Positions 36,881-46,825 of a stretch of DNA of 64,000 nt are shown one piece after another. Position 1 is the stretch's first letter. Each line of letters opens with the position of its first letter. Below the pieces are notes generated by a model, which saw only the letters and a list, made by a program, of their open reading frames with translations, was not told the origin of the DNA and searched no databases. The stretch is from Limisphaerales bacterium (GTDB lineage Bacteria; Verrucomicrobiota; Verrucomicrobiia; Limisphaerales; AAA164-E04). The position numbers and the translations under genes are program-made. The stretch covers positions 3,554,333-3,618,332 of the forward strand of contig OZ242022.1 of NCBI GenBank assembly GCA_965204945.1. The letters run 5' to 3'.

Positions 36881-37103
36881 AACTTGAAGCCTCGAGCCTT
36901 TTTACAGAGTCTCCTTTCATTTTTCGAACGCGAATTTGCATCCAATTTCCGTCTTTGCGCCATTCAAAAGCGCAAAAACGAAATGCATTATCCGGGAAAA
37001 TTCGACGGTGTCAACAATGCTTGTGAAAAAAATCACAAATTCGCTTGCCGATTTTGTTTTGTCCGAGTAACTTCTTCGCAAATATGGATTCACGAGAGGC
37101 CGC

Positions 37104-37634
37104 ATGCTGAAAACGCCAACCGAAATCGGCTACAACACGAAGATTGAGGGAGACGCCATCGTTACCAGAACGGACGCCGTCCTCAATTGGTTTCGCAAGA
37201 ACTCTCTGTGGCCGATGCCGATGGGCTTGGCTTGTTGCGCCATTGAGCTGATGGCCGCCGTCGCCAGCCGTTTCGACATTGCCCGCTTTGGCTCGGAGGT
37301 CTTGCGATTTTCTCCCCGGCAATCAGATCTGATGATCGTCGCCGGCACGGTCACTTACAAAATGGGGCTGGCCGTCAAACGCATTTACGACCAAATGGCC
37401 GAGCCCAAATGGGTGATTGCGATGGGCGCCTGCGCCTCCACCGGCGGAATGTATCGCAGCTACGCCGTCATGCAGGGCGTGGATCACATTCTGCCCGTGG
37501 ATATTTACATAGCCGGTTGCCCGCCCCGGCCTGAAGCTTTGCTGGACGCCCTCATAAAACTTCAGGCAAAGGTGGGCGGCAGTCCAAACACTCAGGCGCA
37601 AAAAACCGCCGCGGCGCAGCCAACGCGCCCTTGA
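37104..37634 (+). CDS. nuoB: NADH-quinone oxidoreductase subunit B
   Basis: [24 protein letters not shown] and [10 protein letters not shown] are the N2 cluster Cys motifs. Confidence 0.93.
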   Translation: MLKTPTEIGYNTKIEGDAIVTRTDAVLNWFRKNSLWPMPMGLACCAIELMAAVASRFDIARFGSEVLRFSPRQSDLMIVAGTVTYKMGLAVKRIYDQMAEPKWVIAMGACASTGGMYRSYAVMQGVDHILPVDIYIAGCPPRPEALLDALIKLQAKVGGSPNTQAQKTAAAQPTRP

Positions 37635-37913
37635 ATTGAAGAGACCAAACGCAAAACGAAAGACTGATTATGGATACTGCTACCGAAATAAATTCTTGAA
37701 AAGTTGAGAAAGTGGAACAGAAAATGAGAGGGTGGAAGAAAATATGGCGGAGGTTAGGATTAGCGGATTGACGGAATCCAACAAGCGCACGCCGAGAACC
37801 GAGCCAAACATCCACAAAAGCCCAAAGAGGAGAACAGCCGTGACAGAGGAAATAGAAAGAGCCAACGAATTTACACGGCAAACAACAACAGAAACACTAG
37901 CACAGCAAATACA

Positions 37914-38639
37914 ATGAGAACCTATAAGCACCTGATGGCAATCGCTCTGATTGCCCTAGCAACGTGCGCAGGAAGCCAACGAGCCCAAGCGCAAGAGCAG
38001 GAGAACTACGTCTGGATAACCAACACCAACGGAATCACAGAGAAAAGAACCCTCTCCAATTTCAGCACGCACCTAGCGTTCTCGGACAGCAAAAAACCAC
38101 TCATCGCTCAAATCGTCGTGCCAGAACACGCAGCAATCCATTACATCGATGTGTATGGATGCGCCAACCTGACCAACCTCGTCTACAAGCCGTCCAGTCC
38201 CAAAGACTACAGCGGAGGAAACCTCCGAGAACGCACATGGCTCACAATCCTAGCAGACGATAGAACAGGATTGCTCACCATTGCCACCCAACCTCACATG
38301 CAACGGAGAACGCGCATAGAAATGAGAGGAGCAGCCAATATCTACCCTGCATGGCTTCTAAACCTCGAATGGACGACAAACTGGCAAGCAGGAGATCCTC
38401 CAAAGATGGAAATAAGAACCACCACAACCGCCAGAGGAAAGGAAGTGGAAGTCATATGGAGAATAGGCAATCTCCAACTCGCCGATGCCGTCAGCGGAGA
38501 ATGGAAAGACTACAACGGAAGCAGTCCATACAGATTCCCGCTCGCCTCCGCCAAAGACATGCAATTCTTCCGCATCAAACCCGAAGAAGAGGAAGAGCCA
38601 GAGGATAATCAAGGAACACCGACCCAGCCAGAAAAGTAA
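37914..38639 (+). CDS. Secreted hypothetical protein (A-rich, atypical composition)
   Basis: Signal peptide MRTYKHLMAIALIALATCAGSQRAQAQ. The C-terminus ...WKDYNGSSPYRFPLASAKDMQFFRIKPEEEEE. AGA/ACA/GAA-rich codon usage differs from the flanking nuo genes. Confidence 0.6.
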   Translation: MRTYKHLMAIALIALATCAGSQRAQAQEQENYVWITNTNGITEKRTLSNFSTHLAFSDSKKPLIAQIVVPEHAAIHYIDVYGCANLTNLVYKPSSPKDYSGGNLRERTWLTILADDRTGLLTIATQPHMQRRTRIEMRGAANIYPAWLLNLEWTTNWQAGDPPKMEIRTTTTARGKEVEVIWRIGNLQLADAVSGEWKDYNGSSPYRFPLASAKDMQFFRIKPEEEEEPEDNQGTPTQPEK

Positions 38640-38686
38640 ATCGTGTGCTACCCGCAGATGGTAAATCGCAAGAAACTAGAAAAGAC

Positions 38687-39250
38687 ATGAAGCAACTAAT
38701 GAGAACAGTAAAGACGATGGCAATCACACTGATTGCCCTCGCAGCAAGCGCCGGAGCGCAGAACGCGCAAGCGCAAGGAGAACTGGAATACGCCGAGAAC
38801 CTGTTCGCCATCGTCTGGTTAGAACGCAATCCAGCAGACAAAACGCCAGAGCATGCCTTCCAACTTCTGCACTGGAACACGACGGCATACAGAAATGAAT
38901 TCGGAGCGACGCCGATACACGCACGAACCGCCAAAGGGTTCAACAGAGACAAAGAGCATGTCGGAACCATCTACAACGGAACCGTCGTGCTGGCAAAAGG
39001 AGAAATAGGAAACGGCAAAGACGAATCCGTCGTGTTCTACCTGCAAATGAATATCCAATTGACAACATTTTACCCAGAGAGAGCATTGAAAGTGGAAGTG
39101 TTCCCCAACAGACGAACCGCCATAATTACGCAGGAAGGCACTGGATTCCGCAGAATGGTCCCAGTGCAACGATACGCAACCAAACACGAAACAAACTCAA
39201 CCTTCGAAAAAGAGCCGAGAACCGCAATTAACTTCGGCCCGCTAAAATGA
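38687..39250 (+). CDS. Secreted hypothetical protein (A-rich, atypical composition)
   Basis: Signal peptide MKQLMRTVKTMAITLIALAASAGAQNAQAQ, paralogous to that of the upstream gene. The ATG at 38687 is preferred over the alternative start at 38645. Confidence 0.55.
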   Translation: MKQLMRTVKTMAITLIALAASAGAQNAQAQGELEYAENLFAIVWLERNPADKTPEHAFQLLHWNTTAYRNEFGATPIHARTAKGFNRDKEHVGTIYNGTVVLAKGEIGNGKDESVVFYLQMNIQLTTFYPERALKVEVFPNRRTAIITQEGTGFRRMVPVQRYATKHETNSTFEKEPRTAINFGPLK

Positions 39251-39398
39251 AAGACGCACGAAGCATCAAATCCAAAACGCAACGACCAAACCTTCCGTCA
39301 TGCTGTGACCAGCGCATGCCAGCAATGGGGGAAGTCCGGCCGCTCAAAGATTATGATGTTGGCTTTTTACGAATGCTGAGGAACAAAGGAAAATTCCA

Positions 39399-40025
39399 AT
39401 GAGCGAGGCAACGAAAGGTTTTGTTCAAAGGCTAAAGAAGGCTTTCCCGAAGGTTGCGGCCGAGGCAATCGAGTTTCGGGGTGAGTGGACGCTCCCGATT
39501 TTGGACAGCGGCCGGATTGTCGAAGTTTGCCAGTTCGCCAAAACGGAGCTGGGCTTTGACTATTTGGTGGACATCAGCAGCGTGGACAACTATGGAGAAG
39601 ACCCTCGCTTTGAGATTGTCTATGAGCTGTACAGTTATGCGAGCCAATCTCACTTGCGCATTGTCATCCAAGTGTCCGAAGAAAGAGCGGAAGCGCCAAG
39701 TGTGACTTCCGTTTGGCGGGCGGCCAATTGGCACGAGCGGGAGATTTACGACATGATGGGAATCCGTTTCTCCGGACATCCAGACCTAAGGCGCATTCTT
39801 ATGTGGGAAGGATATCCGTATTATCCGCTCCGCAAAGACTTTCCCTTGGCGGGCAAAACAACCGACTTGCCCGATGTTGCCTTTTCCCGCCCGGCGCCCT
39901 TGGAAGGCGGCCCTTTCGTTACGACGGCTGGGAAAGAGCATCGAGCGCAACGGGAGCCAAGAGCCAAAACGGCCGCCGCGCCCGCAGGCTTTTCTGAATC
40001 CGGCAAGGGCGGCTCTTGTGATTGA
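39399..40025 (+). CDS. nuoC: NADH-quinone oxidoreductase subunit C
   Basis: Typical 30-kDa subunit strings: LGFDYLVDISSVD, RFEIVYELYS, WRAANWHEREIYDMMGIRFSGHPDLRRIL. Confidence 0.9.
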   Translation: MSEATKGFVQRLKKAFPKVAAEAIEFRGEWTLPILDSGRIVEVCQFAKTELGFDYLVDISSVDNYGEDPRFEIVYELYSYASQSHLRIVIQVSEERAEAPSVTSVWRAANWHEREIYDMMGIRFSGHPDLRRILMWEGYPYYPLRKDFPLAGKTTDLPDVAFSRPAPLEGGPFVTTAGKEHRAQREPRAKTAAAPAGFSESGKGGSCD

Positions 40026-40062
40026 CGCTTTGCATTAATCTTTCACAACGCGCTTCAGACGA

Positions 40063-41385
40063 ATGGCGGAAGTAAAAAACATAAAAATCAAGGATGCCGC
40101 GGCCACTTGGGAGTCTCTGCACCCGAAGAGTTCTGCGGCGCAGAGCGGAAGGGAAGCGGAGGAAACCCGTCGCAGAGCGGAGACGGAAGACACCGCGACT
40201 CCCGGCGATATCGAGGGAGAAAAGCTCACGTTAAACATGGGGCCTTCTCATCCGTCCACGCACGGCGTTCTGCGCATTGTTCTAGAGTTGGACGGCGAGG
40301 TGATTACTAAGGCGATGCCCGAGGTCGGTTATCTCCATCGCGGCGACGAAAAAATCGCCGAAAGCATGACCTACACTCAATTCATTCCCTACACGGATCG
40401 GTTGGACTACCTGGCGCCTTTGGCGAACAACGTGGCCTATGCGCTTTCGGTGGAAAAACTAATGGGCATCGATCGGGCAACGCCGCCTCGGTGCCAGTAT
40501 ATCCGGGTGATTTGTTGCGAATTGGCGCGCATTTCCGCGCACTTGCTGGGGCTGGGCGCGTTCGCCGTGGACGTCGGCGCTACGACTGTTTTTTTCCACA
40601 CCTTCACGGAACGGGAGAAAATCTACAACCTTATAGAGTCTCTTACCGGAGCCCGCTTCACAACTACTTACACCCGGATCGGCGGACTTGCCCGCGATCT
40701 CCCGGAAGGATGGATCCGAGAATGCGAACGATTTCTGGACGGCGTGTCGGCCAACTTTGACGAGATGGAGAAGTTGCTCACTAGAAATCGGATTTTCGTC
40801 GACCGAACAAAAGACGTCGGCGTATTCCCGTTGGACGTTGCGATTGACTACGGAGTGACGGGACCCAACCTTCGGGCGTCGGGAACCCGGCATGATCTTC
40901 GCAAAGCGCATCCCTATTTGATTTACGATCAATTGGACTTTGACGTTCCCGTCGGCTCCGTCGGCGACTGTTATGATCGCTACTTGGTGCGCATCGAAGA
41001 AATGCGGCAGAGCGTTCGAATCCTCCGCCAGTGCTTCAGGCAACTGCCCGGCGGTCCCGTTTCGATTCCAGACGGGAAAACCGTTTTGCCGCCCAAGGAA
41101 AAAGTGCTTACCAGCATGGAAGAACTCATTCACCAATTCATCTTGGTGACCCAAGGCGTGAACGCGCCGCAAGGCCAGGTTTACTTTGGCGCGGAGAATC
41201 CAAAAGGAGAACTGGGGTTTTACATCAACAGCAGAGGCGGAGGAACGCCGCATCGGCTCAAGATTCGCGCCCCGTCGTTTGTGAATCTGAGCGCATTGCC
41301 GTACCTTCTCAAAGGCGCCATGATGAGCGACACAGTGGCGATTTTGGGTTCGCTGGACTTTGTGATGGGAGAATGCGACCGATGA
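40063..41385 (+). CDS. nuoD: NADH-quinone oxidoreductase subunit D (with ~55-aa charged N-terminal extension)
   Basis: LNMGPSHPSTHGVLR, YLHRGDEK, DRLDY and SLDFVMGECDR. The N-terminal ~55 aa before LTLNMGP are extra relative to typical NuoD. Confidence 0.93.
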   Translation: MAEVKNIKIKDAAATWESLHPKSSAAQSGREAEETRRRAETEDTATPGDIEGEKLTLNMGPSHPSTHGVLRIVLELDGEVITKAMPEVGYLHRGDEKIAESMTYTQFIPYTDRLDYLAPLANNVAYALSVEKLMGIDRATPPRCQYIRVICCELARISAHLLGLGAFAVDVGATTVFFHTFTEREKIYNLIESLTGARFTTTYTRIGGLARDLPEGWIRECERFLDGVSANFDEMEKLLTRNRIFVDRTKDVGVFPLDVAIDYGVTGPNLRASGTRHDLRKAHPYLIYDQLDFDVPVGSVGDCYDRYLVRIEEMRQSVRILRQCFRQLPGGPVSIPDGKTVLPPKEKVLTSMEELIHQFILVTQGVNAPQGQVYFGAENPKGELGFYINSRGGGTPHRLKIRAPSFVNLSALPYLLKGAMMSDTVAILGSLDFVMGECDR

Positions 41386-41867
41386 GCTTTGAAGTTCCAA
41401 AAAAATTAGAAGCCGAGGCCAACCGAAGGATAAGAAACTATCCTCAAAAACGAAGCGCGTCTATGATGTTGCTTCACGCGGTTCAAGATCAATTCGGCTA
41501 TATTTCGCGCGAAGCCGTCCAATGGATTGCCGGGAAACTGGACTTGCAGCCGATCAACGTTTACGAACTCGTCACCTTCTATCCTATGTTTCGCCAAGAG
41601 CCCGCCGGCAAACACGAGGTCAGAATTTGCCGCACACTCCCCTGCGCTCTTGGCGGCGCAAGAGAATTGCACGGGCATCTATGCCGGAGGCTGGGGTTGG
41701 ACGCCAAAGATTGCGGACTGCAAACCACTCGGGACGGCCAATTCTCCGTCGAGTTAGTGGAATGCCTTGCCGGCTGCGGCACTGCGCCGGTGATGATGTG
41801 CGGCGGCGAGTTCTTTGAAAAGGTAACTTTGGAAGAGGCCGACGCAATTCTGGAGAGCAGGAAATAG
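41382..41867 (+). CDS. nuoE: NADH-quinone oxidoreductase subunit E
   Basis: ATGA overlap with the nuoD stop. 2Fe-2S Cys pattern ICRTLPC...ECLAGCGTAPVMM. The upstream ORF extension from 41031 is rejected. Confidence 0.9.
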   Translation: MSFEVPKKLEAEANRRIRNYPQKRSASMMLLHAVQDQFGYISREAVQWIAGKLDLQPINVYELVTFYPMFRQEPAGKHEVRICRTLPCALGGARELHGHLCRRLGLDAKDCGLQTTRDGQFSVELVECLAGCGTAPVMMCGGEFFEKVTLEEADAILESRK

Positions 41868-41904
41868 AGTGGAAACAAGCAGCCAGAAAAATCAAAAAAA
41901 TCGT

Positions 41905-41975
41905 CTGCCGGACATGGATTCGAACCATGACAAGCAGATCCAGAGACTGCTGTGCTACCGTTACACCATCCGGCA
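41905..41975 (-). tRNA. tRNA-Gln (CTG)
   Basis: Hand-folded: acceptor TGCCGGA/TCCGGCA (U1:A72, as in bacterial tRNA-Gln), D-arm GTGT-AACGGTA-GCAC, anticodon loop CTCTGGA, T-arm CATGG-TTCGAAT-CCATG, discriminator G. CCA is not encoded. Confidence 0.85.
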
Positions 41976-42040
41976 AAGGCAAAGGAAGGGTAATCCCTTC
42001 GTATGCAGAGTCAAGCCGTCAAGCATAATAAGGAGGAGAC

Positions 42041-43429
42041 ATGCCTGAGGAATATCGACTCATTCTAAAACACGCCGACGAAGCGGGATATAGCAACGAC
42101 ATCGCATGCTACGTGAAGCATGGCGGCTACAAGACTCTTAAGAAAGTCCTCTCGATGAAGCGAAGGCGAGTTGCCGGCAGGGGAATGATGCCGCCTCAGG
42201 AATGGCTTCGCGAGGAAGTTAAGAAGAGCGGCTTGCGCGGGCGCGGCGGCGCCGGCTTCTCTTGCGGGCTAAAATGGTCCTTCGTCGACCGCGTCAGCGG
42301 CAAACCTATCTATCTTATTTGCAACGCCGATGAGTCTGAGCCGGGCACCTTCAAAGATCGTCAAATCATCTACAAGGACCCGCATCAGCTATTGGAAGGC
42401 ATGGCCATTGCCTCTTACGCAAACGACGTCCGCCTTGCCTATATTTACATTCGCGGCGAATTCGTCGAAGGAGCCGCCATTCTCGAAAACGCTCTGAAAG
42501 AAGCCCGCAAACACGGCTTTTTGGGCAAAGACATTTTGGGCAGCGGCTACCATCTGGATATCTACGTGCATCGCGGCGCCGGCGCCTACATTTGCGGCGA
42601 AGAAACGGGGCTCATCGAATCCTTGGAAGGCAAACGCGCCTATCCGCGCATCAAGCCTCCTTACTTTCCCGCCGTTCTCGGCCTTTATCAATGCCCCACC
42701 ATCGTCAACAACGTCGAGACTTTGTGCGCGGTCAAACACATCGCCGAAAACAGCGGCGAGACGTTCGCCAAACTGGGAACGCCCAACAACACCGGCACGC
42801 GCATCGTCTGCCTCAGCGGCCATGTAAAAAAACCCGGCTACTACGAAGTCGAAGTCGGCAAAGTCACCATCGGCCAATTGATTTTTCATAAAAACTTCGG
42901 CGGCGGACTGCGCGAAGGACGCGCGCTCAAAGCCGTGATTCCCGGCGGTTCCTCGGCAAAAGTCTTCAAAGCCGGCGAAACTTTTTTGCTGAAGAACAAA
43001 AACAAAAAGGCAAAACCAAAGAAAGTGGCGCTTCTCGATCTTCCTTATGACTTTGACTCCCTGATGGAAGCGGGAAGCATGTCTGGATCCGGCGCCATCA
43101 TCGTTATGGACGACTCCACCGATATCGTGGAAACCCTGTCCAACATCGCCGAGTTTTACGCCCACGAAAGCTGCGGCCAGTGCACTCCGTGCCGGGAAGG
43201 CTCTCTTTGGATGAGCCAAACGTTGAGCCGCCTCTCCGACGGAGGCGGACGCCGACGGGACGCGGACGATCTCCTACGCATCGCTCAAAATATTCAAGGG
43301 CGAACCGTTTGCGCTTTTGGGGAAGCGTGCGCTTGGCCGGTGCTTAGCTTCGTGAACAAATTCAAAGACGAATTCGAGGAGCGCGGCCTTCGAAACGAAA
43401 GACAAAACGCCGAGGAATCCGCTTCTTAA
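42041..43429 (+). CDS. nuoF: NADH-quinone oxidoreductase subunit F
   Basis: GLRGRGGAGF (FMN site), CNADESEPGTFKDR, GAGAYICGEETGLIESLEG, and N3 cluster ESCGQCTPCREG. Confidence 0.95.
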   Translation: MPEEYRLILKHADEAGYSNDIACYVKHGGYKTLKKVLSMKRRRVAGRGMMPPQEWLREEVKKSGLRGRGGAGFSCGLKWSFVDRVSGKPIYLICNADESEPGTFKDRQIIYKDPHQLLEGMAIASYANDVRLAYIYIRGEFVEGAAILENALKEARKHGFLGKDILGSGYHLDIYVHRGAGAYICGEETGLIESLEGKRAYPRIKPPYFPAVLGLYQCPTIVNNVETLCAVKHIAENSGETFAKLGTPNNTGTRIVCLSGHVKKPGYYEVEVGKVTIGQLIFHKNFGGGLREGRALKAVIPGGSSAKVFKAGETFLLKNKNKKAKPKKVALLDLPYDFDSLMEAGSMSGSGAIIVMDDSTDIVETLSNIAEFYAHESCGQCTPCREGSLWMSQTLSRLSDGGGRRRDADDLLRIAQNIQGRTVCAFGEACAWPVLSFVNKFKDEFEERGLRNERQNAEESAS

Positions 43430-43475
43430 AACTTCCAAACGACAACATTTCCCGGCAAAGATTCCTTTCATCTCT

Positions 43476-45182
43476 ATGGCGAAGCAAGCAGACAAAACAG
43501 CGCCTCCCGTCGGCGAAACCGTCCTCATCAAAGTGGACGGGAAGGAAGTCGCCGCTCCCAAAACAATGCCGGACCCAATCACCGGAGAACCAACGCCAAC
43601 AACCATGATTCAGGCATGCAAAATGGCCGGCGTGGAAATTCCGCATTACTGCTACCATCCGAAACTGCCCGTGGCCGGCAACTGCCGCATGTGCTTGGTC
43701 GAGTTTGGTTTGCCGGCAATGGGACGGGATCGAAAGCCCGTTCTCAACAAAGACGGCGCGCCGCAAATTCAGAAGATGACCCTCCCTTACGAACCGGGCG
43801 CGCCCCGAGGCGCCATTGCCTGCGCGACGCCGATTTCCCCCGGAATGGAAATCTATCCGAACTCGGCGGCCACCAAACAAATGAGAGAGTCCGTGTTGGA
43901 ATTCTTGCTGGCCAATCACCCGCTGGATTGTCCGATATGCGACCAAGCCGGGGAGTGCAAACTGCAGGAATACTCTGTGGAACACGGCCGATCTGAAAGC
44001 CGATTTGCCGAGACCAAAGTCCACAAACCTAAGCAAGTAGACTTGGGGCCGCGGATCATGCTGGACGCCGAACGTTGCATCCTTTGCGAACGTTGCATTC
44101 GATTCTCCCGCGACGTTGCCGGCGACGACGCGCTGGGTTTCGTTCGGCGCGGCGCGCACAGCACGTTGACGGCCTTTCCCGGCCGGGCTTTTGACAACAA
44201 CTACACGCTCAACACCGTCGACATCTGCCCCGTCGGCGCCCTTACCTCAAAAGACTTTCGCTTCCAAATGCGCGTCTGGTTCCTCAAAGAAACACCCAGC
44301 CTGTGCGCCAGCTGCGGCACGGGCTGCAACATCACAATCAGCTCCCGGGAAGAAAAAATCTACCGCTACGAACCGCGAGAAAACGACGCCGTCAACTCCT
44401 GCTGGATGTGCGACGCCGGCCGGCTCAACTACAAGTGGATCGGCCGCAAAGACCGCCTCCTCCGCCCAAAGCGGAGCGGAAGGGCGAGAGTGGAGTGGAC
44501 GCAAGCCCTCCAAGCGATTGCCGAACATTTTCGTTCGGCAGCGCCGAAGACGACCGCCATCATCGCCTCGGCCCGGCAAACCACCGAAGAACTGTATCTC
44601 CTCCGAAAGCTTGCCGATCACTTGGAGGCAATCACCGACGCGCCGGCGAGAACCGGAGAAGCCGATCCTTTGCTGGTCAACGTCGACAAGAATCCCAATT
44701 CCAACGGCGCCCGTCTTTCGGGATTCTGCTTTACCGAAATGGGCATCAACCTGCCCAAAATCGCCGCCGGGATTCGGAGCGGAAAAATCGCCAACTTAAT
44801 TGTGTTCGGCGAGGACGTCACCCGCCACGGCATCGACGCCTCCTTGCTGCAAAAGCTGGATTTCCTCGTGGTTTCGGACGTCTTGCCGAACCAAACAACC
44901 AAAAAAGCCAAGTTCTTGTTGCCCGGCTGCGCCTACGCGGAGAAACGCGGCACTTTTGTGAACGCCAAAGGCAGGCTGCAGCGCTTTCTCAAAGCGGTCG
45001 AAGGCCCCGGCGAATCGCGTCCCGAAGCCGAGTTCCTCGCCGAACTCGTTTCTCAAATCACCGGGGAAAAATATCCGGCAAGCATGGAAGGGCTTTTCAA
45101 CAAAATGGCCTCCGAAGTGAAAGCCTTTGCCGGGATTCGATGGAAAGACATCGGCGAGTTCGGCGTCGACGTGCCGATTTAA
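43476..45182 (+). CDS. nuoG: NADH-quinone oxidoreductase subunit G (short form)
   Basis: 2Fe-2S region CYHPKLPVAGNCRMCLVE, HPLDCPICDQAGECKLQ, CILCERCIRF, and DICPVGALT. Confidence 0.9.
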   Translation: MAKQADKTAPPVGETVLIKVDGKEVAAPKTMPDPITGEPTPTTMIQACKMAGVEIPHYCYHPKLPVAGNCRMCLVEFGLPAMGRDRKPVLNKDGAPQIQKMTLPYEPGAPRGAIACATPISPGMEIYPNSAATKQMRESVLEFLLANHPLDCPICDQAGECKLQEYSVEHGRSESRFAETKVHKPKQVDLGPRIMLDAERCILCERCIRFSRDVAGDDALGFVRRGAHSTLTAFPGRAFDNNYTLNTVDICPVGALTSKDFRFQMRVWFLKETPSLCASCGTGCNITISSREEKIYRYEPRENDAVNSCWMCDAGRLNYKWIGRKDRLLRPKRSGRARVEWTQALQAIAEHFRSAAPKTTAIIASARQTTEELYLLRKLADHLEAITDAPARTGEADPLLVNVDKNPNSNGARLSGFCFTEMGINLPKIAAGIRSGKIANLIVFGEDVTRHGIDASLLQKLDFLVVSDVLPNQTTKKAKFLLPGCAYAEKRGTFVNAKGRLQRFLKAVEGPGESRPEAEFLAELVSQITGEKYPASMEGLFNKMASEVKAFAGIRWKDIGEFGVDVPI

Positions 45183-45195
45183 AAGTTCATCCGTC

Positions 45196-46260
45196 ATGGA
45201 AGCGATTTCCGAAACAACTTCAATTACAGGAAACATCGGCGGCGGAGGGTTCGAGATTTTTTGGTTCGGCCTTCTCAAAGTGGTCTGCGTGCTGGCGATT
45301 TTGTTCCCGATGATCGCCTACTCGGTAATGGCCGAGCGGCGGATTGCCGCGGCCATTCAAGGCCGCATTGGTCCAAATCGAGTGGGGCCGTGGGGGCTTC
45401 TTCAACCGCTGGCCGACGGCTTGAAGTTTCTTTTGAAGGAAGACTTTACGCCAAGCCACGTTCGCAAGGTTTATTTCTGGCTAGCGCCGGCGGCGGCTAT
45501 GATCCCCGCGTTTTTGACGGTGGCCGTCATTCCCTTTGGATCCAAGCTGGGCGGGCAAGACATGGTGATTGCTGATTTGAACGTCGGCATTCTTTACACC
45601 TTCGGCATTGTTTCGCTGAGCGTTTACGGGATTGTTCTGGCCGGCTACGCCTCCAATTCCAAGTATCCGTTCTTGGGCGGCATTCGCGCCGGCGCTCAAA
45701 TGATTTCCTACGAAATCGCTATGGGCATGTCCGTCATTCCCGTGTTTCTGCTGGTTGGGGATTTGAATCTGGGCAAAGTGATCGCCTACCAAGCGGACGA
45801 GGCGTGGCTTATTTTCCAACAACCGCTCGCCTTTGTCATCTTTCTGGTGTCCGCTTTTGCCGAAACCAATCGGCTTCCGTTTGACTTGCCTGAATCAGAA
45901 ACTGAACTGGTCTCTGGCTATCACACCGAGTACAGCTCGATGAAGTTCGCTCTCTTTTTCCTTGGCGAATACGCCGCTATGATTGCCGTTTCCGCCATCG
46001 TGGTCACGCTGTTCATGGGCGGTTGGACGTTGCCCTTTTTTGGTTTGGACCGTCCGGCGGACTCTATTTTCGGCGGGCTGATTCACATCGGCGTCTTCCT
46101 CGCCAAGGTAACGTTTCTTATGGCGCTGTTTGTTTGGGTGCGTTGGACTCTGCCGCGTTTTCGCTACGACCAGTTGATGGATTTGGGTTGGCGGCGCTTT
46201 CTTCCGTTGGCGCTGGCCAACATCGTCGTTACCGCCTTTTGGCTTTGGATCACAAGATAA
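45196..46260 (+). CDS. nuoH: NADH-quinone oxidoreductase subunit H
   Basis: MAERRIAAAIQGRIGPNRVGPWGLLQPLADGLK and AETNRLPFDLPESETELVSGYHTEYSS. The ATG at 45196 lies after the nuoG stop. Confidence 0.92.
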   Translation: MEAISETTSITGNIGGGGFEIFWFGLLKVVCVLAILFPMIAYSVMAERRIAAAIQGRIGPNRVGPWGLLQPLADGLKFLLKEDFTPSHVRKVYFWLAPAAAMIPAFLTVAVIPFGSKLGGQDMVIADLNVGILYTFGIVSLSVYGIVLAGYASNSKYPFLGGIRAGAQMISYEIAMGMSVIPVFLLVGDLNLGKVIAYQADEAWLIFQQPLAFVIFLVSAFAETNRLPFDLPESETELVSGYHTEYSSMKFALFFLGEYAAMIAVSAIVVTLFMGGWTLPFFGLDRPADSIFGGLIHIGVFLAKVTFLMALFVWVRWTLPRFRYDQLMDLGWRRFLPLALANIVVTAFWLWITR

Positions 46261-46294
46261 CCAGCCGACTTGCAATATAAACTTGTAACATAAC

Positions 46295-46825
46295 ATGATT
46301 GTAGAACGAAAAAAACTCAGCTTGTGGGAACGGCTGTATCTTCCCGCTATTTTTAGCGGCTTTCGGGTCACCTTGCGCCACTTTTTCCGGCGCAAAGTGA
46401 CGATGCAATATCCCGAAGAGAAATGGGTTGTCCCAGAAGGCTATCGAGGCGCTCCCTACCTCGTCACCGACCAAGACGGACGCACAAAGTGCGTTTCCTG
46501 CCAACTCTGCGAATTTGTTTGCCCGCCGAGGGCCATTCGCATTGTGCCGCCCGGCCCCGCCGTCAATAAAAAGGCAGGCAACGTGGAAAAAGAGCCGGCC
46601 GACTTTGAGATTGACATGCTCCGTTGCATCTTTTGCGGTTATTGTCAGGAAGTCTGCCCTGAGGAGGCAATTTTTCTTCAAGAAGACTACTCGTTGACCG
46701 GCGAGTCTCGGGAGGAAATGATCTATCATAAAGACAAACTTTTGCGTCTTGGCGGCACACATCAAGACGGCGTTCGGAAATGGGAAAAGAAACAAAAAGA
46801 GGCACAGGCGCAAGGCGTTCTATGA
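46295..46825 (+). CDS. nuoI: NADH-quinone oxidoreductase subunit I
   Basis: Two 4Fe-4S motifs: CVSCQLCEFVCP and CIFCGYCQEVCP. Confidence 0.92.
   Translation: MIVERKKLSLWERLYLPAIFSGFRVTLRHFFRRKVTMQYPEEKWVVPEGYRGAPYLVTDQDGRTKCVSCQLCEFVCPPRAIRIVPPGPAVNKKAGNVEKEPADFEIDMLRCIFCGYCQEVCPEEAIFLQEDYSLTGESREEMIYHKDKLLRLGGTHQDGVRKWEKKQKEAQAQGVL

Noticed and set aside
36845-37147. 100-aa ORF upstream of and overlapping nuoB, considered as a possible divergent NuoA
   Set aside because: It is not hydrophobic (NuoA has three TM helices), it overlaps the tRNA-Cys antisense, and it has no NuoA motif.
40459-41400. Long antisense ORFs inside well-supported genes. This one is 313 aa. Others are 1817-2683 (-), 20314-21027 (+), 33047-33829 (+), 42389-43219 (-), 43362-44159 (-), 24847-25566 (+), 8882-9598 (-) and 13503-14369 (+).
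   Set aside because: Each is the mirror frame of a gene with unambiguous family motifs (NuoD, ABC ATPase, exonuclease, ActB, NuoF, NuoG, cytochrome c, MoxR, ATPase). The products are Arg/Gly/Ala-rich with no motifs.
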